Of a stretch of DNA of 64,000 nt, positions 1 through 11,710 are shown piece after piece (the first letter of the stretch is position 1; every line of letters starts with the position of its first letter). This DNA is from Schizochytrium sp. TIO01. Its lineage: Eukaryota > Protista > Bigyra: Labyrinthulomycetes. Both the position numbers and the translations under genes were made by a program. Location of the stretch: NCBI GenBank assembly GCA_004764695.1, contig SMSO01000035.1:2988040-3052039 (forward strand), read 5' to 3'. The notes under the pieces are model-generated. The model worked only from the letters and a program-made list of their open reading frames with translations, was not told the DNA's origin and did no database searches.

Positions 1-110
1 GGGTTCGAACCTGCGCGGCCGAAGCCATTGGATTTCAAGTAGCACATATCCTCTTACGAAGTACACTACCAGTTCAAGTCCAACCCGTTAGACCACTCCG
101 GCATCATCCC
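1..110 (-). tRNA. tRNA-Ser(UGA) with 39-nt intron (34-72); 3' end runs off the window
   Basis: Reverse complement reads GGGATGA-TG-CCGGAGTGGTCTAACGGG-TTGGA-CT-TGA-A-[intron]-A-TCCAA-TGGCTTCGGCCGC-GCAGG-TTCGAAC-CC. It has an A box, an anticodon stem, a long variable arm, a B box and an intron at the canonical 37/38 position. Confidence 0.92.
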
Positions 111-499
111 CGAAAACAGTAAACAAAATGTTTAACTTCACTATATAAATATTACGTTTTTCAAATAAATTAAAAAATAATCAAGAAGAAAGATCCAATT
201 TTAATCTATTTACCGCCTATGTGTATAAAGGACACAATCTCCAGGGAAGGAATACACGGAAACCTCTACTAGGAGTTTGGATATGCCAAACTCTCGGTCT
301 CGCATTGACATGGTTGATTGTTTGGCCTGACCAAGTCCGCCTTGAGAAAAACTGTTTGCCTTTATCTTCGTGGTTGAACAGACATCTGCGCAGGTTAATA
401 GAACACGATTCTTTCATGCGCCTGTTATTTCTCTATAGGCAAATAGATTATATTTTGAAAGCTGTAAGGAGTGAAGGGTCAACTCATCGATACTCCTGT

Positions 500-3406
500 T
501 GACGAGCTAGAGAAGTATGTGTGCATTTAAAAGATAATAGGAGAGAAAGAAAGAGAGATAACATTTTTTTCTTGATGTGATATACATAGAAGGTCAATGT
601 ATCTAGATTGAATTTGTCTGTCAAAGTATTGCATGATTGAAAATTGGTCATAATGTCATTTGATAGCACGCAAAAGTAAAATTGAGCTTCTATACGCACC
701 ATCTGCTGCTCAAATGCACCTTTCAATTCTTGCGAAGACCTCATCTGTCAGCTTCTGGAGATCTAAACGAACTCTGCTCGAGGTATATTCCTTAACCTTC
801 GATATTCCCAGCTTACCTCCTCTAATAACAATTGAAATTTTAGTTACATGCTGAGATCTCCAATCGAAGGAACTAGTGGACAAGGCACTGCTTTAGTTTT
901 TGGCGTCATTTTGTAAAAAGTCCTCGTAGACAGAAGGCTTACAATAGTGCAGAAGTAGACAGTCAGATTTATGTGGCTGCCAAAGCCAATATACAAAAGT
1001 GCGACGACATATTACCTAGATCCAAGTATGGTGTCATTTGAATTGATGGTTGAAGAGATGCAATTAACCTGGCCTCGTCAAGCATCTCTGACCATGTTCA
1101 AGAATGCCTTAGCCTCCGTAAATACTATATGAGTCAGTCTGTCCTGAAATTCATCTTCCAAGACAACAGTTCGCTAACCCTTATAACCAACCTTCTTAAA
1201 GCATTCATCAAGACTCTTGCCTTCATCTTTGCAGTCAACCTCAAGCTGGCCAGAATCATCTTTCAGAAGAGATACAGCTATATTTTGCAGCGATGTTGTG
1301 TCGATTGGTCTCAGATTCTCTTCTAACAACATCCAGTTGAGTGCTTCCGTAGTCGTCAATATTACCAACATCCAAAACATTCCTGCCCTGGACCATCGTT
1401 CGGATGACGCGCCAAAGTCTAACTGTTGTGGCGATAGCGAAAACTCAGTATACACCGATGCGGACTTGGCCGAGTTCCAATCGATTGACGCATTATTCAA
1501 AAAGGAACGGTGAACTGTGTGCACCTAGTTCGCATGACAGCCGTGGAGAGAGGACGACGACGACCATCGCTTTAGCTCTGTTACCATTGATACATCGTAT
1601 GTTTAACGGCCGGTGCAAACAACATAAGTACAGCAAGGAGCAGTTTCCTCAAATCATGATTGACATTGTGCCCCATTTTTATGCCCAGAGATAGCTTTAC
1701 TGTTACTGACAGCCTTGGAAAGATGCGAGTGCGTACTTGGGTGACAGACATCGGGTTTCAACCCATTGATCGTGAGGCAATTACCTTTTACTTCAAAGAG
1801 GGAACACAATCTGAGAAAAAGAATGATGGGTTCATCGAGAACTTTACCTTTGTATTTATGACAGGTCAAGCCCCCAGTTCTACGCGAACCTCAAATGGAA
1901 AGCACCTGATACACAATCCTTCTGCTATTATCATGTAACACTGCAGTCCATCACGACATTGCTCGCCACAAAGCGCACACCTGTGTTAAGATCTATCCAA
2001 TCCTCTCCTACGCCTGTGCTTGGATCGCGGCAACCACAGAGTTCCACATTATTATCACCTATGAAGCACCAAGCACGGCAATAGGCCACACAACGAGTGA
2101 AACCATCGTCGTTAAAGCTCTTTATGAGATGATTGGTCTCAATGTTAGAAAGTCCGCGAGTCGAGCCTTGCTAGTCATGGTCCGCCCAGTGAACCACAGA
2201 GTGGTCTTCATGCCTGGCTTTGACCAACCAACTATACTAACCTTAGAAAACACATATTCCCCTGTGAACGGCATACCCATCGCTCTTCCACTGGTGAAAC
2301 ATGCTCATCTTGGAAGTCGCGCAATTCTGAATGAAACGATAAGATTCAGGTTCTGCTCTAAATCAACCATTGCGGTAGAATTAGGAAGATCAACCATTGC
2401 GGTAGTATTAGGACGATACATGTAAGTACATGTAGCGCGTTGTATAGCTTATCACGCGCATGCCATCATTAAAAGAGCACCAGGTATTACATTTATCTTC
2501 TTCTCTGGGTCACATTCAAACAAATAAGAGTGACTGCCTGCTAGTTCATGCAGAGAACTGAAATCAATCGATCCATCCCTTCACTCAACGTACTGCACTC
2601 CTAATCTGCACTAACGATAGCCCATCGTGATTAATCAAGGGAAGCTGCTCTGCCTTGACCTGCGGCCACCAGTTAGGATACTTTTTTACGACCGCACTGA
2701 AGAAAGTATAATCGTGGTGATCAGCAGGACGGTTGGAATCAAAATCAAAAACATCTACCTTGCCTCATTTAGGGGTTATAAAATTGGCACCGCAACTTTC
2801 CAGAATTCATCCAAATAAGCCGCTTTGAATTCGTCAGTGGAAATAGGGAATATTTCATCATTGTAGCTGGCACAAAAGATATTGATGCGAAGGCCTTGGC
2901 ATTTGCACGATCAATGGAAATTTGGCCCTGGGCCGTGTACTAGCCGACCTCAGGTAAAAATGGATCTGCTCCTTTGCTGCGCACACCCAAACAATTGAGG
3001 TAAGAGCATCATTCACTATAGGACCCCCAAAAATGTCCTTATCCTGCTGCATCCTACCTAATGTCAAGCCTCCCTAAACGTTATCATCCGAGGGACGCAG
3101 CATTTTATCCGTAGTGGGACGCGCGCTTAGATTGGAATCGTACTTTTTTCGTGAGAAATAGTCCCGCTGGAAGCCGTTATTACTTCCTAGTCCCTGATGT
3201 TGCCCTCCTGTAGTAGTGATTGCACGTGTATCATCACCATTCTCTACATCAGGATCATCATCATTGCATGTTTGGTAACCAATGTCGTACGGGTTCAGGT
3301 AAAAATTAGCACGAAGAAGTTAAGGCGAGGAGCATGAAGATACCAATGATTAAGATCATGATGCCCAGTCTTAATTTCTATGCTTGATCATTGGATGAAC
3401 CACCAT
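500..3406 (-). pseudogene. Decayed protein-coding remnant(s), family unidentified
   Basis: A run of protein-like minus-strand fragments (ORFs 1174-1524 and 2858-3067, a Cys-containing WCFIGDNNVELCGCRDP stretch, a hydrophobic segment near 3340-3380) broken by stops and frameshifts. Boundaries are approximate. Confidence 0.35.
2362..2417. repeat. 27-bp tandem duplication (2 copies)
   Basis: atcaaccattgcggtag(a/t)attagga(a/c)g at 2362 and 2389. Confidence 0.85.
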
Positions 3407-4470
3407 TTTTAATTCTTTCTCGGTCTGAGTTTATCTCTACTTACTTCTTTGTGAATGTCGTTTCAAGATCTTAACTTTAAAGGAGGGGAGGATAGATTTA
3501 TTTGCAATCAGTTGGTAAGTCTTTCTTTTCGCATCAGCCCAAAAAAGAAAAGGAATTCAAAAGCTTGATCAAACCCTTCGTTCTGCCAACGGCTCTAGCA
3601 CCAGTCTAAGGCCTTGCGCGAACACACCAAAAACCAAAAAGAGGCAGCAAACGTCACTCCATTGAAGGCCTTTGCATGTGCATCAGCTGCAGCTTCTTTG
3701 TGAATCAATTAGACAAGGAACCAAATTTCACAGAAGCTTTTGAAGCGTCCACTTATTCATTACACCGAAGCAGTCATAAGAGTGATCTGAGATCATGTTT
3801 TTTCTCCTTCGTTCGTGCCTGCAAATGGCAGGTACTTTCAACAGTCGCTTTACAAAACCTAAGAACTCTTCACTCAGAGTCTCATCCACCCGCTCTCACT
3901 CTACACATGATCAGTGTGTACCAAAAGCTCCTTATGTATGCTGTATTTCAAGAGCACCTCCCTCACCGATCGTTTGAGAAAGCCTCTTCTCTTCCCAACC
4001 CTGGGTAAACTAACACTCACAAAGAAAGAAATTACCAGCTAGAGATAACGATTTGCTGTTTCTACTCTCTGCTGTTCCAATCATTGAATCATTTGATCAA
4101 TCTCTGCTGCATTGGGTTCTGCATGCGCTAACCCAGTTCTTTCTACTACTCCAATTGAGTAATCCTCAAAAAACTAATTCTCTATTTACATTGATGTGTT
4201 TTCATTAACACTCTCCCATAGGACTATCAAATCCAATTAATACAATCTATATATACATTAATCAACCAATGTAGAGCACATTCGATCATACCACGCGGGT
4301 AACACCTCATCTCATTCGCACTGAGAAGTAAAGTCGCGTAGGGCCGGGTCAGTAGTATGATAGGGGACTGCATGCGAAGCCCCGGTGTTGAATGTTTTTT
4401 TCTCCTGTTATTCTTTACCCTAGCACTACAAGAAAGCAACTCCACGGTTGATATCACAATATAATACACA

Positions 4471-4846
4471 TCAAAGATTAATTTTATGAAATAAAACCTG
4501 CCCGAAGAGGATTAAAAGCAATGCAAGAAAGGCAATCAGGCATCTACTCTTGGCCAAAGATTCTCCTCTTTTTGAAACTTTCCTTTCCTTCTTTCTGGCA
4601 CACCTTTGGTCGCAGCCGCCAGTAGCTCTGATCGTTGAAAGCAACTCTCTGTTTTTTTCACATTGAAGCCGTGAAGCAAATATCCAACAACTCGACGCAT
4701 CTTTGAAATCCAAAAATTGTCGACTTGTTCTCCATTCTCTCCCAAGCTTTAGCTATATCAAGATTATTTTCTTTCACGCTCCTCGATGACACAGTTGCGA
4801 GTTTGTGTCGCTCCAAGACTTCATCAAAGGCAACAAAAGGATTCAA
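4471..4846 (-). pseudogene. Frameshifted gene fragment, paralogous to 11711-12020
   Basis: Three overlapping short ORFs piece together as FDEVL...MENKSTIF...RELLSTIRA, and DNA blocks are shared with 11.7-12.0 kb. Confidence 0.55.
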
Positions 4847-5507
4847 TAAGCTCCCACCTCTTAACTCAAATAGACCTCATTACAAGGATCTTTTCTTGCC
4901 TGCTATTCATTACACAATACGCCATGGCAATCAAAATTCAACATCCTTCTTTTGCTTTACACACCAACTTAATTTATTATATTTATTTAATTTAAAAAAA
5001 GAAAAGAAAAAAAGCTTGAAGAGTAGTTCTATGCGTTAACTCTCTTCATCTGCACGACCATAAAGGGATGGAGTCCTTCCTCGTGCCGCCTCCTGCCTTG
5101 TTTTTGACCTAGACGAAGCACGAGGCCTCCTCGTCTTTCTTCAAGACTAGACTCTTCTTTTGCGCTCCCAGGATAAATTAGAAACGAAGTGAAAGCACCT
5201 TAAACAAAAGGGCAAAGGACCTTAACACAGGAAAGGAATAAAAGGGAATACCATGCCATCGCCAAAGCCGCAAAGCCGCAACACGAGGCAGCGCGCGCGC
5301 ACGATATCCACGCACCCGCGACCTCTCGCGTGCCACACCCCTCCACGCGTTCGCTGTTCGTGGGCGAGGCTTGGTCTACTGAGGCACTTGCGAGGCAGCG
5401 CGAGGAGTCCACCCGATCCTCCTTGCTGCTCAGAAGAAGGAGAAGGAAAAGAAGAAGAGAGAGTAGAAGTCTCCGTTCCTGATCAGCAGCGCGAGCGAAG
5501 ACTCAAA

Positions 5508-5510
<3 letters not shown>

Positions 5511-5542
<32 letters not shown>
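5511..5542. repeat. (CT)16 microsatellite upstream of the LRR-kinase gene
   Basis: Read directly. Confidence 0.95.
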
Positions 5543-5545
<3 letters not shown>

Positions 5546-5643
5546 GAGCGCCAAAGCAAAGCGAAGACAAAGACAAGGCAAAGACAATCAACGCGATTGA
5601 TCAATCCATCCATCAAAGGTGACACTCACTGCTGCAAAACACG

Positions 5644-8600
5644 ATGACTGTGGCAAAGAGCATTAAGGACATCACAGAAGATACGACGGAGATAGTGTAA
5701 GTGCACGATGCAGAAGGGAGGAGACAGAAGAAGGAGGCATCGCGTCGTCGATGTGTTGTAGTAGTCAGCTTTGTAGAAGAAGAATAGTTTTGAACTAGTA
5801 GTGGCACTCATGAAGAAGTTGGAAATGGCATATACTTACTCTCACTTGTTCACAAACAAACAAACAAACAAACACAGTTTTCGTGGGAAAAGAATTGGTC
5901 ATGAGGGCGCAAAGGCCGTCGCAAAGGCACTCGAGGGATGCAAGAACCTTCAAACTTTACAGTACGTTTGTGGAATCATCCACGAGGGAAAGCTATCGTA
6001 ATAGGCAGGACCAAGCTTTTTCTTTCTTTCTTTTGAGTTCTTGGTGTTTGTAGTACTGCTGGTACACTACCTAAGTAGTTTACGTAGTTGGGTACGCAAA
6101 GAAAGGCAAAGAAGTCTTTTCTTTTTTACAAAGAGAAGAAGGAAATCTATATAATTTGATACGAGGCAGCAGCAGCAGCAGGAGAAGAAGAGCTGATTGC
6201 TTTTTATTGTGAGGAAAAACAAAACAAAACAGGATCAACTGACTGGACCTGTCTTTCCTGACAACGAATGAACAAAACAAACTTATTCATTTATACTCAC
6301 AGTCTTTACAAGAACAACATTGGCTCGGAGGGCGCAAAGGCCGTCGCAAAGGCACTCGAGGGATGCAAGAACCTTCAAGAATTGTAGTACGTTTGTGGAA
6401 TCATCCACGAGGGAAAGCTATCGTAATAGTCAGGACCAAGCTTTTTCTTTCTTTCTTTTTAGTGCTTGGTGTTTGTAGTACTGCTGGTACACTACCTAAG
6501 AAGTTTACGTAGTTGGGTACGCAAAGAAAGGCAAAGAAGTCTTTTCTTTTTTACAAAGAGAAGATGGAAATCTATATAATTTGATAGGCAGCAGCAGCAG
6601 AAGCAGCAGAAGAAGAGGTGATTGCTTTTTATTGTGAGGAAAAACAAAACAAAACAGGATCAACTGACTGGACCTGTCTTTCCTGACAACGAATGAACAA
6701 AACAAACTTATTCATTTATACTCACAGTCTTGGTGCGCACGACATTGGCGATGAGGGCGCAAAGGCCGTCGCAAAGGCACTCGAGGGATGCAAGAACCTT
6801 CAAACTTTGTAGTACGTTTGTGGAATCATCCACGAGAGAAAGCTATCGAAACAGGCAGGACCAAGCTTTTTCTTTCTTTATTTTGAGTGGTGTTGGTACT
6901 AATGGAAAGGAATCAAAACGAAAGCACTGCTGGTACACTACCTAAGTAGTTTACGTAGTTGGGTACGCAAAGAAAGGCAAAAAAGTCTTTTCTTTTTTAC
7001 AAAGAGAAGAAGGAAATCTATATAATTTGATAGGCAGCTGCAGAAGAAGAAGAAGAGCTGATCGCTTTTTGTTGTGAGGAAAAACAAAACAAAACAGGAT
7101 CAACTGACTGGACATGTATTTCCTGACAACGAATGAACAAAACAAACTTATTCATTTATACTCACAGTCTTTCTGGCAACAACATTGGCGATGAGGGCGC
7201 AAAGGCCGTCGCAAAGGCACTCGAGGGATGCAAGAGCCTGACTCAACTTGGGTACGTTTGTGGAATCATCCACGAGGGAAAGCTATCGTAATAGTCAGGA
7301 CCAAGCTTTTTCTTTCTTTCTTTTGAGTTCTTGGTGTTTGTAGTACTGCTGGTACACTACCTAAGTAGTTTACGTAGCTGGGTACGCAAAGAAAGGCAAA
7401 CAACTTTTTTCTTTTTTAGAAAGAGAAGAAGGAAGCGCAAAAGGGAATCTATATAATTTGATAGGCAGCAGCAGCAGCAGAAGAAGAAGAGGTGATTGCT
7501 TTTTATTGTGAGGAAAAACAAAACAAAACAGGATCAACTGACTGGACCTGTCTTTCCTGACAACGAATGAACAAAACAAACTTATTCATTTATACTCACA
7601 GTCTTGGTTTGAACCACATTGGCGATGAGGGCGCAAAGGCCGTCGCAAAGGCACTCGAGGGATGCAAGAACCTTCAAGAATTGTAGTACGTTTGTGGAAT
7701 CATCCACGAGGGAAAGCTATCGTAAGAGTCAGGACCAAGCTTTTTCTTTCTTTCTTTTGAGTGCTTGGTGTTTGTAGTACTGCTGGTACACTACCTAAGT
7801 AGTTTACGTAGTTGGGTACGCAAAGAAAGGCAAAGAAGTCTTTTCTTTTTTACAAAGAGAAGAAGGAAATCTATATAATTTGATACGAGGCAGCAGCAGC
7901 AGCAGAAGAAGAAGAGGTGATTGCTTTTTATTGTGAGGAAAAACAAAACAAAACAGGATCAACTGACTGGACCTGTCTTTCCTGACAACGAATGAACAAA
8001 ACAAACTTATTCATTTATACTCACAGTCTTGAGGACAACAACATTGGCGATGAGGGCGCAAAGGCCGTCGCAAAGTCTCTGCACAAAGCATGTCCTTCTG
8101 TTAAAATCTAGTAAGTTCCGTTCCCTCTGCTGCTATTCCCAGCTTGTGCAGAGCCTTGCCTTCGCTGGTTCTCTCCATGTCTCCATATGGACTTGTGAGA
8201 AGGCCGTCTTTAAATGCGTTCATCGTTTTTCTAACAAGCGCTTTTATTCTCTTTCTTTCGTTCATTGATTTATCAAATGCAGCTATGACAAATGTTATGG
8301 AACTCCTAAAGAATTATTCGAAAGGGTGTGTTCTCCTGGAGAGGATATTGCAGATTTCTCGTCAGAGCTCGATTCCTATGCTTCCATAGAGGCTGCAGAA
8401 AACGAGCCTTCTGCAGAGCCCAAGAAAGAGCAAGACGGCATTGATGGCGCCGGGCCTGCTACTTTGGATGGAACTGGGTAAGTTCATGCGGTCAGTCTTT
8501 GTTTGGGATCGTGTAATTATTCATTCCACGAATTGTGTTATTGAGATATAAGGGATCCTAACTTTTGCCTCTGCTTTTGTTGCTGTTTCAACATCATTTT

Positions 8601-11325
8601 GCTCTTTTGCTTACGTCTTCTGGTTCGCCCCAGGGAACGGCCGGATGGAGCAAGCGTGAGTTTCGCTGATGTGGTGCAGCTTGCCAAGGAAGTCTCGGAC
8701 TTGCGCGCAGACCGAGGCGGGCTCAGAGGAAACTCTCTGCAGACTGGGATTGCCTTGCTTGAGGAATTCATAGGATCGGCGATCCAGGGCTACTTTGGCC
8801 AAGTGAAGTTGCGACAGGTTTCCGCTGACATCAAGAACTCCAAAGAGAGTCTCGACGCGCTACAACGCCAAATTCGTGCAAGCTCTGCTGATGGTTTACC
8901 CAGTCTCATCGAAAAGCGGAATGCTGAACGAGACCGCCTACGCTCACTTATGCAAGTCGTGTACCCATGGGTTCGCGCCGACCTCTGCGAAAGCGATGAG
9001 AGTGCAGTGCGAGAATTCAAAGTGAGAGTTAAAAGTTTGGTAAACGATCTAAAGATCGACCTTGCACCAGTCGATGAAGAGACCAGCACAGACGACTTCA
9101 AACACTGCCAAGAACTCGCTGTTCAGGCCGGCAGGTGCGTCGAGGAGTATAAGAGGAATGGAGAACCCCGAGCAAACAACATTGGCGAACGAAGCCAACA
9201 AGCTGCAAAATGTGTTGTCTCTCGGTTGTCTGAGCTAGAACTTGGTGATGGATTATGGGTTGCTCTTAGGGTACCTGAGCAGGCCATGGATCTCGGACCC
9301 GAATTATCTGAGCTTGAGCGTGCTCTTCAAGAAGAGATTGAAGCGCTTCAAGGAGATACACTTAGTGCCCACTTATCCCAGATACTTTGCGCAATAAGTT
9401 CAATGCTCGCCCGTTTCGAATTATACTCTGAAAACACTGTGTTGAATGACGCAAGCAAGTGCACACCACAAGAGCTCTCTGAACTGTATGACTATGCATT
9501 ACTGGGTTTGAAAGAACCTTCTGTCTTAGATGTTGAGGAATTATACCAGAAACTTGACAAGTCGAAAAAAGCGACAGAGAGTTTAAAAAGAGCTAGAGAA
9601 GATCTTGAAGCTGAGGACCTGGAAGAGGATGAGCGAGAGCACTATAGAAGTCGAATCAAGAAACAGAAGCGCATTCTTTCTAAAGGCAACCCTATTGAGC
9701 TTAGCAAAGTTTTTCGCCATAAGCTTGCTGAAACTCTGCAACACGCGCAGGAACATTATCCTGAGTTGTTGCAGGATAGAGCTTGGCTAGAAAGGCTTCA
9801 TGTAACTGCAGAGGGTGTTTTTGAAGTAGCTTGTTTTGACCTTTGGTTGACGAATGTGACTGTTTCGGACTTTCAGCGTGTCGGTGAGCCCCTATCCTTT
9901 AGATGTGGCAAGAAAGTCCAAAAGGTTCTTGACAACGTTGGAAAAAAGGTTATGGTTCTCAAAGAGTTTCAACTTGGACATCCAAGTCAATCGAAAACTT
10001 TCTACAAGCAGGTTGCCAATCTGGGCAAAGTGGTGTCCCAGCACGTGATACGTATCACTGGTGCTTTTGTGGACATGACACATGGAGAGCCGCGTGGTTG
10101 TATCGTCATGCCTTTCTACGAGCGAGGTGACCTGGCCAAGTGGATTGAGAGTCATCCTAACGAAGGCAAAGAAGCACGTGACCGACTTGCTGTAGGTCTG
10201 CTTATCGGTGTGGCGGATTTACATGCCCACGGCATTGTGCATTGTGACATCAAACCAGAAAACATTTTCCTCACAAGCAACGGGACACCATTAATCGGTG
10301 ACTTTGACGGCATCAAGGTTGCAAACTACACTGCAACTTACACATCACTTCAGGCAACGCCACGGTACGTTGCCCCTGAGTTGCAGAGTGGATCTGTAGA
10401 TAGGTTTGAAACAGCTATGGATATGTACTCTGTGGGCATAAGCTTAAAAGAGCTGTATCCCACTGAACGGACTGCTGCAATGCAGACACTTATCGAAGCT
10501 CTTACCGCGACAGACCCGAGCCAACGCCCAAGTGCTCATCAAGCACTCCAACATGAAGCTTTTGGAGCCCCTCAAATCCCTGCCAAGATATGTCTTGTAT
10601 GTTTGGAGGAGCATCTGCTTTCTGAAGGCACGAGCTGTGAGGAGGGGGACTTCCTTTGCAGAGACTGTATCGAAACTGCAGTAAAATCGGCAGCACAACC
10701 ACTTGCTCACGTAAGGGTGGATGCTGATGGGGCGATGGCATGCATGAAACCTGAATGTAGTGGAAGGATATCAGGTCAAGAAATCACCCGTCTTGCACCT
10801 ACTGCTTTGAATCATCTTTTGTTAATTGCGAAGACAAAGGCAGAAAATGAGGCAGCAGTTTGGGCTGAGAAAGAAATCCAAAGGCGCATAGCAGAAGTTT
10901 TACGTGCAGGAGAACAAAATAGTGACGCAGAGCATCATTTACTACATATTCAAGAGAAGATCTTGAGCACATGTTGTCCGAACTGTAATACTTATGTTCA
11001 TGAGTTTGAGGGTTGTTGCGCTGTAAAATGTGGTAATAATGCTTGTGGACACCTCTTCTGCGCTTGGTGCCTTGGGTATAGTTCTCAGGATGAAGTTGTT
11101 TGCCATGCTCATGTGAGAACCTGCTCAAGAAGACTTGGGCAAGACCTATTCTTCCCTGATTCATTCGAGCAGGTTCGTGAAGCGTGGCGGTTGCTCCGTG
11201 CAGAGCGTCTGCGTGAGTACTGGGATGCAAATATACAAGACATAAATCTTCGGCTCGTTCTGAAAGAATTACTAGCACCTTTAATAACACCAGATATTGT
11301 TGGCGAAGATTTTAGACTGGAATAA
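5644..11325 (+). CDS. LRR (6 RI/NLRC3-like repeats) - helical/coiled-coil - Ser/Thr kinase - RING1/RING2 (RBR-like) fusion protein, 1147 aa, 9 exons
   Basis: Exons 5644-5696, 5878-5961, 6303-6386, 6728-6811, 7168-7251, 7602-7685, 8027-8110, 8283-8477, 8634-11325. All introns are GT-AG and phase 2, and the 3444-nt frame is open. LRR consensus LxxNxIGDEGAKAVAKALEGCKNLQxL. Kinase motifs VLKE, HCDIKPEN, DFD, APE, DMYSVG. C-terminal CLVC..C..CRDC..CMKPEC and CPNC..EGCCAVKC..CGHLFCAWC. Confidence 0.88.
5878..8110 (+). repeat. Tandem array of exon+intron cassettes (6 x 84-nt exons, 5 near-identical 341-356-nt introns; period 425-440 bp)
   Basis: Exon starts at 5878, 6303, 6728, 7168, 7602, 8027. 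Each intron starts gtacgtttgtggaatcatccacgag and ends acttattcatttatactcacag. Confidence 0.97.
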
Positions 11326-11710
11326 ATAAAATTAAATGAATATTCAATGATTGGATGTTGCTTAAGCGACTTGACCAGAGCTTGCAGAAATGCAAATACT
11401 AATTCTTTTCCTCAAAATAACAACGACGTCTGCCAACAGGATCAAAATTTATAATGTGTATTCATGCAAGGTTCTTCGGGAGGCTAAATACTATAAATTA
11501 GAAGAGAATAATGATTTCTGTATATGTATATATCCCTAACTTTATTTTCCCAGCTCGAGGAAACACATTGAGGTTATTAGTATATAAGAATTCTTTCTTA
11601 ATTTTACTTTCTCCGTTCCTCTGGTAGTTCATTCGCCAATACTACAGGATATCAGTGAGTCGTCTCAAATTGGTCTTTGAAATGCTTCTTTCCAACTATC
11701 TTTGCAAGCT

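Noticed and set aside
780-1030. Possible MACPF-like remnants (YVVALLYIGFGSH, IVIRGG) in the decayed minus-strand gene
   Set aside because: The resemblance is too short and interrupted by stops; it would need a profile search.
6080-8004. Five repeated minus-strand ORFs (MFCSFVVRKDRSS...)
   Set aside because: They are antisense readings of the repeated introns; the poly-Leu comes from the (GCA)n(GAA)n microsatellite.
5878-8110. CRISPR-like or DGR-like reading of the constant/variable repeat array
   Set aside because: The units are ~430-bp exon+intron cassettes with GT-AG sites. No cas or reverse transcriptase gene is present, and the variation is not adenine-specific.
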